IMG/VR virus record: IMGVR_UViG_3300032213_003587
Coordinates: 52,442 to 116,441 of that record
Direction: 5' to 3' (one strand)
Origin: a virus
Length of the DNA: 64,000 nt
Each line of letters begins with the position of its first letter. Within the stretch, counting starts at the first letter, position 1. Under the pieces are notes generated by a model. The model was given only the letters and a program-made list of their open reading frames with translations. It did no database searches and had not been told where the DNA came from. A program made the position numbers and the translations under genes. Below are positions 8,843 through 18,539 of the stretch, one piece after another.

Positions 8843-9238
8843 TTATTTAGTGGAGTTGGCTAGCTGCCGATAACCTCGACCCGTAGGATGCACCCCATCC
8901 TTGCTAAGTTCCGGTATGGGCAATACGGTATCGCCATAGACTTCGGCAATTTTGCGAATCATTTCTTGCCGATCCGGTTTAATAGCCGGAAGAATCCAGA
9001 ACACTCGCTCAGCCTTAACCTGTTCACGCAGAGCCTTTAAATTGCCCATGGTGTTGATGCTGCGCCAATCGTTGCTGCCCAGACTGATGATCACAGCACG
9101 CGCCTGCAGAGATCCACTTAAATAGATGCGATTCCAGTCCGCAGTATTGATGCCACCGTTGGCCAAGGCCACACATTCAGGTCGGTGATGATGCGTACCA
9201 ACCGCAATGCTGTCGCCGAGTATCATGCAGTCAATCAT
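8843..9238 (-). CDS. SGNH/GDSL hydrolase
   Basis: GDS, LGSND, DGVHP blocks. Confidence 0.85.
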   Translation of the reverse strand: MIDCMILGDSIAVGTHHHRPECVALANGGINTADWNRIYLSGSLQARAVIISLGSNDWRSINTMGNLKALREQVKAERVFWILPAIKPDRQEMIRKIAEVYGDTVLPIPELSKDGVHPTGRGYRQLANSTK

Positions 9239-9369
9239 AGAACCTCGTAGTCTTCTTTATAGGCACCGCACTCTGGACAGGTAAAATGGTCTGGCAATGT
9301 ATTCCAGGCACCTTCCAATTCTTCGTCGTGTTCATGACCACAGACTACGCATACATGTACTTCGCTCAT
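9235..9369 (-). CDS. Rubredoxin (44 aa)
   Basis: Hand translation MSEVHVCVVCGHEHD...WNTLPDHFTCPECGAYKEDYEVL; two CxxC motifs; ATGA overlaps on both sides; absent from the ORF track. Confidence 0.9.
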   Translation of the reverse strand: MSEVHVCVVCGHEHDEELEGAWNTLPDHFTCPECGAYKEDYEVL

Positions 9370-9815
9370 AGTGTCTCCTTGATTTGTTGATATGCTTCGG
9401 CATGACGTTTCTCAATCTTGGCCAGTGCCGCAAATCTACGTTCTGCTTTTTTCAATACATCGGCAAATGCTTCAGCGTGTTCACGACTTTCATCGATCTG
9501 ATGGGCGGCTTCTTTGGCTGCTTCAACATTGCCTTCGGCTTCTGCAATGACCTTGAACTGCGGATACATCTGCGTGTATTCGTAGGTCTCACCTTCGATG
9601 GCCTTCTCCAAACATTCTTTGGTATTAGGACGGCCAATCAGCAGTTCTAGATGACCCCAGGCATGCACAATCTCCTGATCCGCGGTATGCTCGAAATGAC
9701 GAGCAATTTCTTCATGACCTTCTTCGCGCGCAATTTTGGCAAAGTAGCGGTACTTAATATGTGCCATGCTTTCGCCAGCCAGGGCACTTTCAAGATTTTT
9801 TAATGTAACACTCAT
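9366..9815 (-). CDS. Rubrerythrin (ferritin-like di-iron domain)
   Basis: NLESALAGESMA..KY, EIVHA, GETYEY..MYP, E..H ligand pairs. Confidence 0.92.
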   Translation of the reverse strand: MSVTLKNLESALAGESMAHIKYRYFAKIAREEGHEEIARHFEHTADQEIVHAWGHLELLIGRPNTKECLEKAIEGETYEYTQMYPQFKVIAEAEGNVEAAKEAAHQIDESREHAEAFADVLKKAERRFAALAKIEKRHAEAYQQIKETL

Positions 9816-9823
9816 TGTTTCTC

Positions 9824-10369
9824 CTAACTGTAGTGTAGGTAACCACCTACGATATATTTTGGTCCCGACCGCGGCATCAATCCTGCGTGCAGATATTGAA
9901 AGCCGGTGGGGAACATGATCAGTCTGGATCGACGAGGCTGCACTCTAATGGGCCGGTCCAGGCCATAGATTTCAGTTTCACCGCCATCTTCGACGTCGTT
10001 TAAATACCAGAAATAGACTAGAAAGCGTTTCATGCTCGCTCCATTCCAGGTATCACAATGAGGGCGAAATTCATCGATGTGCGGCAGATACCGCTTCATG
10101 CGAATTTCTTCCCAGCTGTGATCGGGTTGCACGTTGCGATCATCTAGACCGCATTCCGACCAATAACGTGCCTTGTACTGCTGTATGGTTCCAAGCAAGG
10201 GCCGGTAATCCCAGGCGGCCTGCATTAGATTGATTTCTGTGAACTTCTTGATACCATCATCCTGATAATGTTTCCGATCATAGGCTTCAAAGTCCTTGAT
10301 TAATCGGTCGCAATATTGTGGCGGTAATGTATTGTCATATACTTTTACGTAATCACTTAAATTCATCAT
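9824..10369 (-). CDS. 2OG-Fe(II) oxygenase (prolyl 4-hydroxylase-like)
   Basis: HCD, YLNDVEDGGET, FP...HAG...KY. Confidence 0.88.
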   Translation of the reverse strand: MMNLSDYVKVYDNTLPPQYCDRLIKDFEAYDRKHYQDDGIKKFTEINLMQAAWDYRPLLGTIQQYKARYWSECGLDDRNVQPDHSWEEIRMKRYLPHIDEFRPHCDTWNGASMKRFLVYFWYLNDVEDGGETEIYGLDRPIRVQPRRSRLIMFPTGFQYLHAGLMPRSGPKYIVGGYLHYS

Positions 10370-10404
10370 CGATCCTTATTATCAGTCTACACCGCTATTA
10401 TAGG

Positions 10405-11097
10405 CTACCTGTCAATAGCTGTCGATAGATTTTCATAATTATCTCGCCACATCAATAATTCACTGACCCATTTATCTCTGAACTCAGTAAACACCTGCGG
10501 TTCGCCTTCTTCCACGGCAATCAATACTGCCAATCTATTAATGGGTATTTTAGTGAGCTCTTCATACATTATGGCATAAGCAGCGGCCTGCATAAAATAA
10601 CTAGAAATCCATTCTTTTTTCTTGGGTTTTGTGCTAGATTTGAAGTCGATAATTGATAATTTACCGTCAAATTCGCCAATACAATCCACAGTTCCGGCCA
10701 GTCTGAGGTGATGAGAATACAGAGCTGTCTCCTGGCAATGTATATTATCAACGCGATCCAACAAGGGCATCAACTTTTTAAACATTTCGAAATGCAGGGG
10801 ATTGATGGTCTTAGATGTATCGAACGGAGATTGATTGTCCAGATAGCGCTCTGCGGCCTTGTGCATGCCCGTACCTCGACCTGCGGCTACTCGACTTATG
10901 GTGTTGGCCTGTTCGGCTCCTACGCGTTTTCTCCAATCTAAAATTACGTCTCGATTTTTTTCGGAGAGAACGGTGGTAACGCTGGGATAGCGAAGACCGG
11001 TCGGAGTATTATAGACTCGGCGACCGGTGCTTTCAGTTATTTGTTCAAGTCTGGGAACGGGCTGTCCCAGCCCGAATCCCACATGATTAAAGGTCAT
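10405..11097 (-). CDS. PD-(D/E)xK (Cas4-like) exonuclease of T4-like phages
   Basis: YPSVTTVL, RGTGMH, AGTVDCI, IIDFKSS, YFMQAAAY. Confidence 0.88.
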   Translation of the reverse strand: MTFNHVGFGLGQPVPRLEQITESTGRRVYNTPTGLRYPSVTTVLSEKNRDVILDWRKRVGAEQANTISRVAAGRGTGMHKAAERYLDNQSPFDTSKTINPLHFEMFKKLMPLLDRVDNIHCQETALYSHHLRLAGTVDCIGEFDGKLSIIDFKSSTKPKKKEWISSYFMQAAAYAIMYEELTKIPINRLAVLIAVEEGEPQVFTEFRDKWVSELLMWRDNYENLSTAIDR

Positions 11098-11098
11098 A

Positions 11099-11716
11099 TT
11101 ATGATAGGTGTTTTATATTTTCTTCAAAGTGTTTCTTACGCTCAGCCAGACCGAGATTACCGCCGTTGATTACTTTAGTAGCTTTGGTCATGTCCTTGGC
11201 ATCGGCAATGGCATTCAGGCCATTCTTTTTCCAGAACCAGCAGGCACTTTCAATGGCGCCTTCCAGAGTGTCTAGATACGCCACAGTCTCATCCATGGTT
11301 TTACCAACAGCCTTGCTGAATGCTGTATAGTTATCTTTGCCGGTGAGCTGAATAGCACCACGACCACGATACTTCCAACCATCGCCGCTGGCTTCTGGAC
11401 CATTGCCCATGCGATCCGAATATACCTTGTTGGCAATCTTTTCTGGATTACGCTCATAGGGCTTGGCCGCTTCTTCGGAAACGAAACGCTTGGGCCAGGT
11501 GCCGTGCAGTCCCTTAGCTGAATAGTTTAGATTCTCTTTGAGTTTGGTGAAGTCCACACTCTCATGGCCGCATTGAGCCATGAAGGCTGCCACACGCTCT
11601 TTGGTGTTGATTTCATACTTAGGTAAAACTGCGGCAAGAGCTGCATGCAGTTTTTCCGGTTCTTTGTTATTATGAGCGCACTTGGCGATCTGGTCTTTAG
11701 TGAAGTTGAAAGTCAT
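11099..11716 (-). CDS. GH19 chitinase-like endolysin
   Basis: FMAQCGHES, ENLNYS, GDGWKYRGRGAIQLTGKDNY, INGG. Confidence 0.92.
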   Translation of the reverse strand: MTFNFTKDQIAKCAHNNKEPEKLHAALAAVLPKYEINTKERVAAFMAQCGHESVDFTKLKENLNYSAKGLHGTWPKRFVSEEAAKPYERNPEKIANKVYSDRMGNGPEASGDGWKYRGRGAIQLTGKDNYTAFSKAVGKTMDETVAYLDTLEGAIESACWFWKKNGLNAIADAKDMTKATKVINGGNLGLAERKKHFEENIKHLS

Positions 11717-12528
11717 GCTAGATCCTTTACATAGAGTTTATTGTAATGTTCTACTAGATTTGGATGACGGTCCCACTGATGTACTACCGCAGGTCGTTGT
11801 CCGTATATTATAAGTTCATCACCATCAAACTTAATCTTATTAGGGTGAGTTAGACATATTGTAGCTACACCATCACCATTTTTATGCTGCACATGATCTA
11901 AGAGATTTTTATGGAAGATCCAGTTATGGCAGGCCTGCTCATCGGGAATGCCGCCGGCCTTCTGCATGGCATCTAAACTACGTTCGTTGATCAGGGCCAG
12001 GATATAGCGCATGATGCTTTCGGCATCGCCGAGCGTGGTACCTGAGCAGATGATGGGCTTGTCTTCGAAGAATTCAATTTCTTTCTCACCGTAGTTATTG
12101 ATGAGAATGGCGCGATTGAATCTTTCGGTGCCAGCTGTAAATTCCAGATCTTCCTGGAAGGCATGCAGGCCAGCGTCGGGAATTTGTGCAAATACATCGC
12201 CTTGGAATACTAGATCGCGCACGTCGCAGAGGAATACCTTGTCGTAGTAACCGCGACCTTCCAGCAGTATGTCCAGATATTTGAAATAGCGAGTGTTATG
12301 AATGGCACTGGGAATCCAGTATGCCGCGGTAAAGAAACGCACATCCACGCCCTGGTCAAGCAACCAGTTAATTTTTTCCTGAGTGCAGTCAGGCTCGATG
12401 AGCAGCACCAGCGGATGCTGACTGCAGTAGCGTTTCCAACTTAATACAAAAGGTGCAATGGCATCAATTTTATAACCAAATGCCGTACCCAAAATTAAAT
12501 TAGTCTGTTCCATATCATCCTCAATCAT
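11713..12528 (-). CDS. Putative GT-A glycosyltransferase
   Basis: FLCDVRDLVFQGD, ICSGT, DEQACHN, VHQWDR. Confidence 0.65.
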   Translation of the reverse strand: MIEDDMEQTNLILGTAFGYKIDAIAPFVLSWKRYCSQHPLVLLIEPDCTQEKINWLLDQGVDVRFFTAAYWIPSAIHNTRYFKYLDILLEGRGYYDKVFLCDVRDLVFQGDVFAQIPDAGLHAFQEDLEFTAGTERFNRAILINNYGEKEIEFFEDKPIICSGTTLGDAESIMRYILALINERSLDAMQKAGGIPDEQACHNWIFHKNLLDHVQHKNGDGVATICLTHPNKIKFDGDELIIYGQRPAVVHQWDRHPNLVEHYNKLYVKDLA

Positions 12529-13279
12529 AAATCATTGTGCCATTGGGTCCGATGGTGCCCATGAAATGAACATAGTCAAATTCAATGGCGTTATCCGGAC
12601 CGATGTGTTTGTAAAGCAGATGTTCAATGTCGATGTATTTATTTTCATCGGCCAAGGCCTGCAGGTCTTCCATCATCCTATCATACTTATCTATGACTTC
12701 GTTGAGCAGCGCAGCATCAAAACTCCAGCAGCGACTCTGGAAGCAGTGATCGGTGCCTACTGTTTCTAGGGGATTGTGAATCCAGCTCGGGGTGCGTTCC
12801 TTGAAGGCATACTTGCCAGTGGTTACTCGATATACATCGGGATTGAACAACGGACTAAGCTGATAGCGGCCAGTTACTTTAAAAATACGATCTACTTCTT
12901 TCAGCGGAGCAATTTGTTCATAGTCACGCAGAGTTAGCAGAGCCTGTTGAAAGATGGTCATCTCGGCCATGCTCTTTACCAGACCAGCCACACCACCCAT
13001 CTCTCGTTTATGATTGGTTGGAATGGTATGCAGATGTTGAATCTGCTCATCGTCGGTTAGATCTAGAAATGCACCCACTCTATCCTTGAGATTTTCCAGC
13101 AAGGGATGCTGCGTAGTTTTTAATTCGGTTTTACCGCCGTCAACAAACAGTACATTGGCGTCGGGAAACTTGGCATAGATGCTGTCCAGAGTCTGGTGTG
13201 TTTGTTGAAGACGAGTAGTTAGATCAAATACTCCGATATCGGTGACTAGAGCCGATGTTACAATAAATGTAGTTTTCAT
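12521..13279 (-). CDS. Hypothetical protein, probable glycosyltransferase-fold
   Basis: FKVTGRY and DIEH motifs; inside the glycan cluster. Confidence 0.5.
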   Translation of the reverse strand: MKTTFIVTSALVTDIGVFDLTTRLQQTHQTLDSIYAKFPDANVLFVDGGKTELKTTQHPLLENLKDRVGAFLDLTDDEQIQHLHTIPTNHKREMGGVAGLVKSMAEMTIFQQALLTLRDYEQIAPLKEVDRIFKVTGRYQLSPLFNPDVYRVTTGKYAFKERTPSWIHNPLETVGTDHCFQSRCWSFDAALLNEVIDKYDRMMEDLQALADENKYIDIEHLLYKHIGPDNAIEFDYVHFMGTIGPNGTMIYD

Positions 13280-14196
13280 AGTGCCTGTGGTTTAGTAAGA
13301 ACTTGGTCAATGGTGTATCTCAGCACCGACAAAGCGTCGGGATGACTGACTTTATCGGTAAATAAAAATTTAGCCGGCCATCGTTGTTCGGCATTTAGAC
13401 AGGATGTGGCCTGCGTACTGAAACAAAGAAAGGTTTTATTGCCATCAAACATATTAACACGATGATGAGCAAAGCTATAGGGTCCGCTGTTTTTACCAAC
13501 AATCAAATCGCAGTGACGACTCAATAGAGCAATTTCATTTAAGTCGCATTTACCTTCCACATCAAAGGCAAAAATGTCGTGGGTATGACTGACATTTAGT
13601 CGACGAATTTTTGTGCGCTCCGTAGCAATAAACTGAATGTCCGGATACTCCTGACTCAGCACATCTATCTCCGCAATAAAGTTACCCATCTGGCTCTGTC
13701 CGCTGTTGGCTGGTCCGTTGCAGATCAGTATCTTGCGTTTCTTGGCATAGCCCTGCATGTAGTTGCGAATTAGATCGGTGCGATAAAAGCTATCATCAAT
13801 ATATGGAACATAGATCTGCGGATCATCGCCAAAGGGCAGATCCAGGCCCAATATTTTACCGATGGCAGCATAGTAACGACGCCAGATATCGTGCAGTCGT
13901 TTAAAATTAATATGCTCACCAAAACCAAAAATCTCACCCTGCCAGCAGCCTACCCAGGTATTGACTACAATGTCCTCACCCATGCGACCGATGCGCAGCA
14001 TGCGATCTACGGGCAGACCATTTACTGGTCGATAGGTGGCTGGAACATCCAACAGGAGCTGTGGATGATTGTTGTGAGCATATTCAAACTCAACATCTGG
14101 TTTGCTGGTCCGTATGGTTTGAATTAAATCCCTAACATAGCTTTTGCTAACAAAGCAATCGCCGTTGTGGAACTGATTATAAAAAATAATTTTCAC
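13276..14196 (-). CDS. Putative GT9-like (GT-B) glycosyltransferase
   Basis: HNGD near the N-terminus; DLNEIALLSRHCDLIVGKNSGP resembles the heptosyltransferase C-terminal motif. Confidence 0.55.
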   Translation of the reverse strand: MKIIFYNQFHNGDCFVSKSYVRDLIQTIRTSKPDVEFEYAHNNHPQLLLDVPATYRPVNGLPVDRMLRIGRMGEDIVVNTWVGCWQGEIFGFGEHINFKRLHDIWRRYYAAIGKILGLDLPFGDDPQIYVPYIDDSFYRTDLIRNYMQGYAKKRKILICNGPANSGQSQMGNFIAEIDVLSQEYPDIQFIATERTKIRRLNVSHTHDIFAFDVEGKCDLNEIALLSRHCDLIVGKNSGPYSFAHHRVNMFDGNKTFLCFSTQATSCLNAEQRWPAKFLFTDKVSHPDALSVLRYTIDQVLTKPQAL

Positions 14197-15046
14197 CGTC
14201 TTTTTCCTGTACTTTTTCTGCTGTTAAATTCAATGTTTTAAGTTTAACTCCTTCAGGAGCTATCAGATAATTGTGCTGATATATTTCAACCACAGTATAA
14301 CCGATGTCGGCTACAAAGTTAAGATAGTCGCTGGCTTTTTCTTGGAACCATTTTTCAGTGATGTAACTTTCCAATTCAAAAACAATGATGGGCCGACAGC
14401 GTTTTATGGTTTCCCTGGCACCTCGCATGGCTGCTAGATCCGAACCCTGTACATCGATCTTTATGGCATCTACTCGTGGCAGATTCAACTCATCCACTGT
14501 CATGGAATGCACAACGTGGCCATGCGGCGATATTGCTGCCAGCGGTTCAATACCAAAACTCGAACGATTGCGCCAACGCGAATAATCTTCGCGAGGATAA
14601 AACAGTTCTTTATCTGAGGTATCCCAGATTGCTCGATGATAGGCCGTAATATTTTTGACGTTGTTTTCTGCAAAGTTCATGGCCATGACTTCATAGATCA
14701 GGGGATGCGCTTCCACGGCATGTACCCAACCGCGTGCTGCATGTTTGGCAAATGCCTGCGACATCTGGCCAAGATGTGCTCCAAGATCGATGATTACTGC
14801 GTCATCGGGAACATTGATGGCTATCATGTCAAAGACTTCTTTGTCATATAATTTGCCCAGCGCCGTACAGGCCGCTACTTCATCGTGCGGCTCCAAGGGA
14901 ACCCAATTAACTCCGAGCTCCGAAGGAAACCGCATGATTTGTTCGCCCATGAGTTCTTTGTATTCATAGCCCTGGCCATGTCGACTAGCAGTCCAATGGC
15001 TCAGGATCTGACCATTGTTCCACTCCTGCATGGGTGTGTCGCTCAT
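14177..15046 (-). CDS. FkbM-family methyltransferase
   Basis: IDLGAHLG, AVEAHP, IKIDVQG, RPIIVFE. Confidence 0.88.
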   Translation of the reverse strand: MSDTPMQEWNNGQILSHWTASRHGQGYEYKELMGEQIMRFPSELGVNWVPLEPHDEVAACTALGKLYDKEVFDMIAINVPDDAVIIDLGAHLGQMSQAFAKHAARGWVHAVEAHPLIYEVMAMNFAENNVKNITAYHRAIWDTSDKELFYPREDYSRWRNRSSFGIEPLAAISPHGHVVHSMTVDELNLPRVDAIKIDVQGSDLAAMRGARETIKRCRPIIVFELESYITEKWFQEKASDYLNFVADIGYTVVEIYQHNYLIAPEGVKLKTLNLTAEKVQEKDGENYFL

Positions 15047-16266
15047 CGTTTAACAATTCTGAAATTCGGGCAAGGCACCAGCAGGGCGCCGCCTTTGTCC
15101 AGATAGTCGGACTCACGACGTTCAAACTCATCGATAAAATGCCAGGGCAGAACCAGCAGATAGTCCGGTTGTGCGGCTCGCATTTCTTCTTCACTGATAA
15201 TAGGAATGTTGGTGCCAATGGTTCTCAGACCAAACTTATAAGGACTGCGTTCTGCAATCGCCGTAATTTTAGTATGATCCAAATCAAAATATTGCAGCAG
15301 GGTATTGCCTTTGGTTGAAGCACCGTAGCCCATTACTGTCTTGCCTTCGGCCAGGGCCTGGTCAATGAATGTTACTACATCGTGCTTCAACTCGGCTAGT
15401 TTAGCACCAAAGTCCGCCCAGGTTTCTTTTCTAGTGATGTCGTAGCGCGGTTCTTTTTCCAGATTAAAAATGCTTTCTACTCGATAGTTGCAGACATCAC
15501 GCTGTGGTGCGGTGGCAAAGCTATCGATGCGAGCCACCTCCTTCTGCAGGTAAACTCTGAAGCTGCCGCCGTTGGTGTCGTTCAGGGAACAATCCACAAT
15601 GCGGAAACCTGCGGGTACAAAAATGCTTTCAATGCTGTGCAGATTATAGTAATAGGTATGCTCATGACAGATGTTATCAAAGGCCAGCTGTTTGATCATC
15701 AGCGGCGTATAGCTCATCTGCAGCACCAGTGTGCCATTGTCGTCCAGCACTTCGTAGAGATCCCGGACAAAGCCGCGCGGGTTATCGAGATCATAGAACA
15801 TGGCGATGCAGGTAATGACCTTGGCCTTGTGGCTGATGCCGCTGTCCGCATAGGCCTGGGCGCTGAAATAATCCTGCACAATGGTGGCATGCTGTCGGCT
15901 CTCTTTGGCATAGTCATCATTGCAGGGATCGATGCCCAGGCGACGACATTTTTTCGGTGTCATGCTCAGCAGGGTACCGTCGTTGCAGGCAATGTCCAAC
16001 CAGACGTCGCCTTCAGCGAGTTTAACTCGATCCGTAACTTCAGTGACAATGCGCTGCAGTTCATCGCGCATGCTTTGATTGATGCCGCTGCGATACCAGT
16101 ATTGACCCCACATGGTGTCCGGCGGTGCAAGATTGTGCAGACGCACGGCCATCAGGCTTTCGTCAAAATAAAGGTCCAGGGGATATTTTTCGCGAGTGGG
16201 TTGATCTTTGACAAAGTCACTCACATAGTGTGAACCCATATGAAGGGCCAATTCAGGTCTTTCCAT
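15043..16266 (-). CDS. NDP-hexose C-methyltransferase-like protein
   Basis: YWYRSG, LDIACNDGT, FDNICHEH, GYGASTKGNTLL, LVLPWHF. Confidence 0.88.
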   Translation of the reverse strand: MERPELALHMGSHYVSDFVKDQPTREKYPLDLYFDESLMAVRLHNLAPPDTMWGQYWYRSGINQSMRDELQRIVTEVTDRVKLAEGDVWLDIACNDGTLLSMTPKKCRRLGIDPCNDDYAKESRQHATIVQDYFSAQAYADSGISHKAKVITCIAMFYDLDNPRGFVRDLYEVLDDNGTLVLQMSYTPLMIKQLAFDNICHEHTYYYNLHSIESIFVPAGFRIVDCSLNDTNGGSFRVYLQKEVARIDSFATAPQRDVCNYRVESIFNLEKEPRYDITRKETWADFGAKLAELKHDVVTFIDQALAEGKTVMGYGASTKGNTLLQYFDLDHTKITAIAERSPYKFGLRTIGTNIPIISEEEMRAAQPDYLLVLPWHFIDEFERRESDYLDKGGALLVPCPNFRIVKR

Positions 16267-16277
16267 GCTATCTCCAA

Positions 16278-16649
16278 TTAATAGTACAGTTTTTCTTCAA
16301 CAATGGCTGAGCCAGTGATGTTATTTATCTCTCGTTTGATTTTGTTGCGAGTGTCGTTGGTTTGATGCGCTAGCTTAGTAAAGGTGGTAAATCTTGCTCC
16401 ATATTCATTGGTGCGCATCAATACGCGAATTTCGTCTTCGGCATCCCAGAGTACCTGATTGGCGTCTTTAAGCTCAATAATCAACTTACTGAGTAAAGGA
16501 GTAATCGGGGGCCTGAGCCGGCGAAGTTCGGTGAGTTCCAGAACTATGTTCTTTAACTTGTCTTGGTCCTGGGTGTGTTCTCGTTTGAGTTCGAGAATGG
16601 TGATTTTATCGAATAGCTCACCAATGCTAATGGGTGCATGAATTAACAT
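16278..16649 (-). CDS. DUF6165-like protein
   Basis: PISIGELFDKITILELK, LWDAED, ND.R.KIK.EIN, IVEEKLY. Confidence 0.8.
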   Translation of the reverse strand: MLIHAPISIGELFDKITILELKREHTQDQDKLKNIVLELTELRRLRPPITPLLSKLIIELKDANQVLWDAEDEIRVLMRTNEYGARFTTFTKLAHQTNDTRNKIKREINNITGSAIVEEKLYY

Positions 16650-17410
16650 TTTGCTTCAACATAACGATTGTGGTCTTGTATATATCTCTGCATGTCTGCA
16701 GTTAAATCGCGAGTGCGTTTTAGATATGTGTTTTCGTAGGCATCGTTCATCCATTCAATGCCCAGGGTATGATGTCGTCCGGCCTGTATCCAATCCGGTA
16801 CTTTATCGCCGATGCCCAATTTACGACCTACTGCGGTCTCATTCAACGGACACCAGCCATAGTAAAAGATGACCAGCTTATCTGTGGTATAGGAAGTATA
16901 GTGACGACCCTGGCCCGGATATTGCACAGGCGTGCGATGAATGCTGCGAGCCTGACGCCAGCGGAAACAATCGCCGCCGTGATCGGGTTCGGGATCAGTC
17001 CAGGCAAAGCCATCGAACTTCTGTGCATACAAGGGCTGGTCGTGGCTTACTTCATCTAATTGTCGATCCACAAAATACAGAGCCGGCATCAATAGTTGAT
17101 TCTCTTCGGTGGTGTCTAGTATGCTCCAATCACCAACAATCTGTTCAGTGACGTTCAAGCACACTCTCCAGCCTTCGAGACTGCGTTCAATGTCCATGAC
17201 TTCCTGATCTACTGGGCCGGGATCAAACCATTGATTGCGACTATCTATGATGTCCCAGCCTGGGCAGAGCTCTTTGATAATCTCCACACTACGATCTGTG
17301 CTGCCATAGTTAATCATTATGCCATGGTCGAATACCTGCCTGTGGTGTTTTAGGAACCAGGGAAGCAGGTATTCTTCATTATAAAAGTGACTTATCAAAG
17401 TTTTCTTCAT
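16643..17410 (-). CDS. GT2-like glycosyltransferase
   Basis: HFYNEEYLLPWFLKHH, YGSTDRS, GRH. Confidence 0.75.
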   Translation of the reverse strand: MKKTLISHFYNEEYLLPWFLKHHRQVFDHGIMINYGSTDRSVEIIKELCPGWDIIDSRNQWFDPGPVDQEVMDIERSLEGWRVCLNVTEQIVGDWSILDTTEENQLLMPALYFVDRQLDEVSHDQPLYAQKFDGFAWTDPEPDHGGDCFRWRQARSIHRTPVQYPGQGRHYTSYTTDKLVIFYYGWCPLNETAVGRKLGIGDKVPDWIQAGRHHTLGIEWMNDAYENTYLKRTRDLTADMQRYIQDHNRYVEAKC

Positions 17411-17416
17411 ATCATC

Positions 17417-18178
17417 CTATACGTGTTTTGATTCATACTCCATGCGAGCTAGTATATATTCCTTGACAATATCTGAACGCACAATATCATCGACTTCAAA
17501 TTCCACGGTGCGGAAGCTCGGCATGCGTTCAGTAATACCAATGAACTTATGTATGCCGCTGATGTCGCCTTTTTTACAGAGATCGGTCTGTCGGAAGTCA
17601 CCGCAGAAAATGATCTTGCTGTTATCTCCAACTCGGGTCATTATGCTGTTCAATTCCATGTCAGTCATGTTCTGGCATTCATCCACAACAATGATGGCAT
17701 TGTCTAGAGTAATGCCTCTCACAAAGCTGGTAATCATGAACCGGATGGCTTTCTGTTCCTGCAGTCTTTGAAATGCATCATGTCTATTATTAAATAATCT
17801 GCTGCAGATGTCAATATAAGGAGCGGTATAAACCTGAGTTTTTTCGTTCTCGTCTCCGGGTAAATGACCGATGTCACGGCTGGCCACCGCTGATCGGACT
17901 ATGATTACCTGCTCAAAACTATTGGCCTTATCTAACACCTCCTCTAGGGCGCGATATAGTGCAATGAATGTTTTTCCGGTACCAGCCACACCATGCAATA
18001 GGGTGCATTGAGTCTGCTGTTTATACAGTTCAAAAAAGGTTGCTTGATTTTTGGTCAGTGGAGCTATTGTAATCATGTCATTTAAGGTGACACGCAGTTT
18101 CTGCTGTGGTACGGATTTTATTTTAACCTGTGGATCTACGGAGTGAAGTAATGCGGCGTTAGAGGATTTCTTGGCCAT
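17417..18178 (-). CDS. phoH: PhoH-family ATPase
   Basis: GVAGTGKT, IGHLPGD, SFVRGIT, DECQN, GDFRQTD, DIVRS; start placed at MAKKSS. Confidence 0.95.
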   Translation of the reverse strand: MAKKSSNAALLHSVDPQVKIKSVPQQKLRVTLNDMITIAPLTKNQATFFELYKQQTQCTLLHGVAGTGKTFIALYRALEEVLDKANSFEQVIIVRSAVASRDIGHLPGDENEKTQVYTAPYIDICSRLFNNRHDAFQRLQEQKAIRFMITSFVRGITLDNAIIVVDECQNMTDMELNSIMTRVGDNSKIIFCGDFRQTDLCKKGDISGIHKFIGITERMPSFRTVEFEVDDIVRSDIVKEYILARMEYESKHV

Positions 18179-18214
18179 GGGCGCCCTTCGAAGTATGCGT
18201 TGATGGGTCATGTC

Positions 18215-18246
18215 AAAAGAAAAGGAGAACAGTCACCCGTTCTCCT
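18215..18246 (-). terminator. Intrinsic terminator
   Basis: AGGAGAAC-N8-GTTCTCCT followed by TTTCTTTT. Confidence 0.75.
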
Positions 18247-18269
18247 CCGCTATTCATCAATGTTTTTGA

Positions 18270-18527
18270 TTACCATTTACTGTTCAAATTAGATTTAGGA
18301 TTGTTCTGATGGATCTTCTGCAAGACTTCCTTGAAGCCATTGTCAATTTTACGTATCCCCAGTCTAACTGAATCACCAATCGGAGGAGCACCTATGGATA
18401 AACTGACTGTTCCTGTCTTACCGCAGGCGGGGCAGGCTTCTTCTGAAGGTTGGTGTCGGTTTCCGATTGAAAGAATCTTTTCGAATGTTTCGTTGCATGC
18501 TGAACATGCATAATCATAAGTAGGCAT
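18270..18527 (-). CDS. FmdB-like zinc-ribbon protein
   Basis: MPTYDYACSAC...CPACG. Confidence 0.85.
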   Translation of the reverse strand: MPTYDYACSACNETFEKILSIGNRHQPSEEACPACGKTGTVSLSIGAPPIGDSVRLGIRKIDNGFKEVLQKIHQNNPKSNLNSKW

Positions 18528-18539
18528 ATGTTATGTATA

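Noticed and set aside
10385-10414. TTGACA and TATAAT boxes upstream of the 2OG oxygenase
   Set aside because: The two boxes are only 8 nt apart, which is incompatible with a sigma70 promoter
10405-11097. Cas4-like nuclease as evidence of a CRISPR system
   Set aside because: I found no repeat-spacer array or other cas genes; this exonuclease is common in T4-like phages
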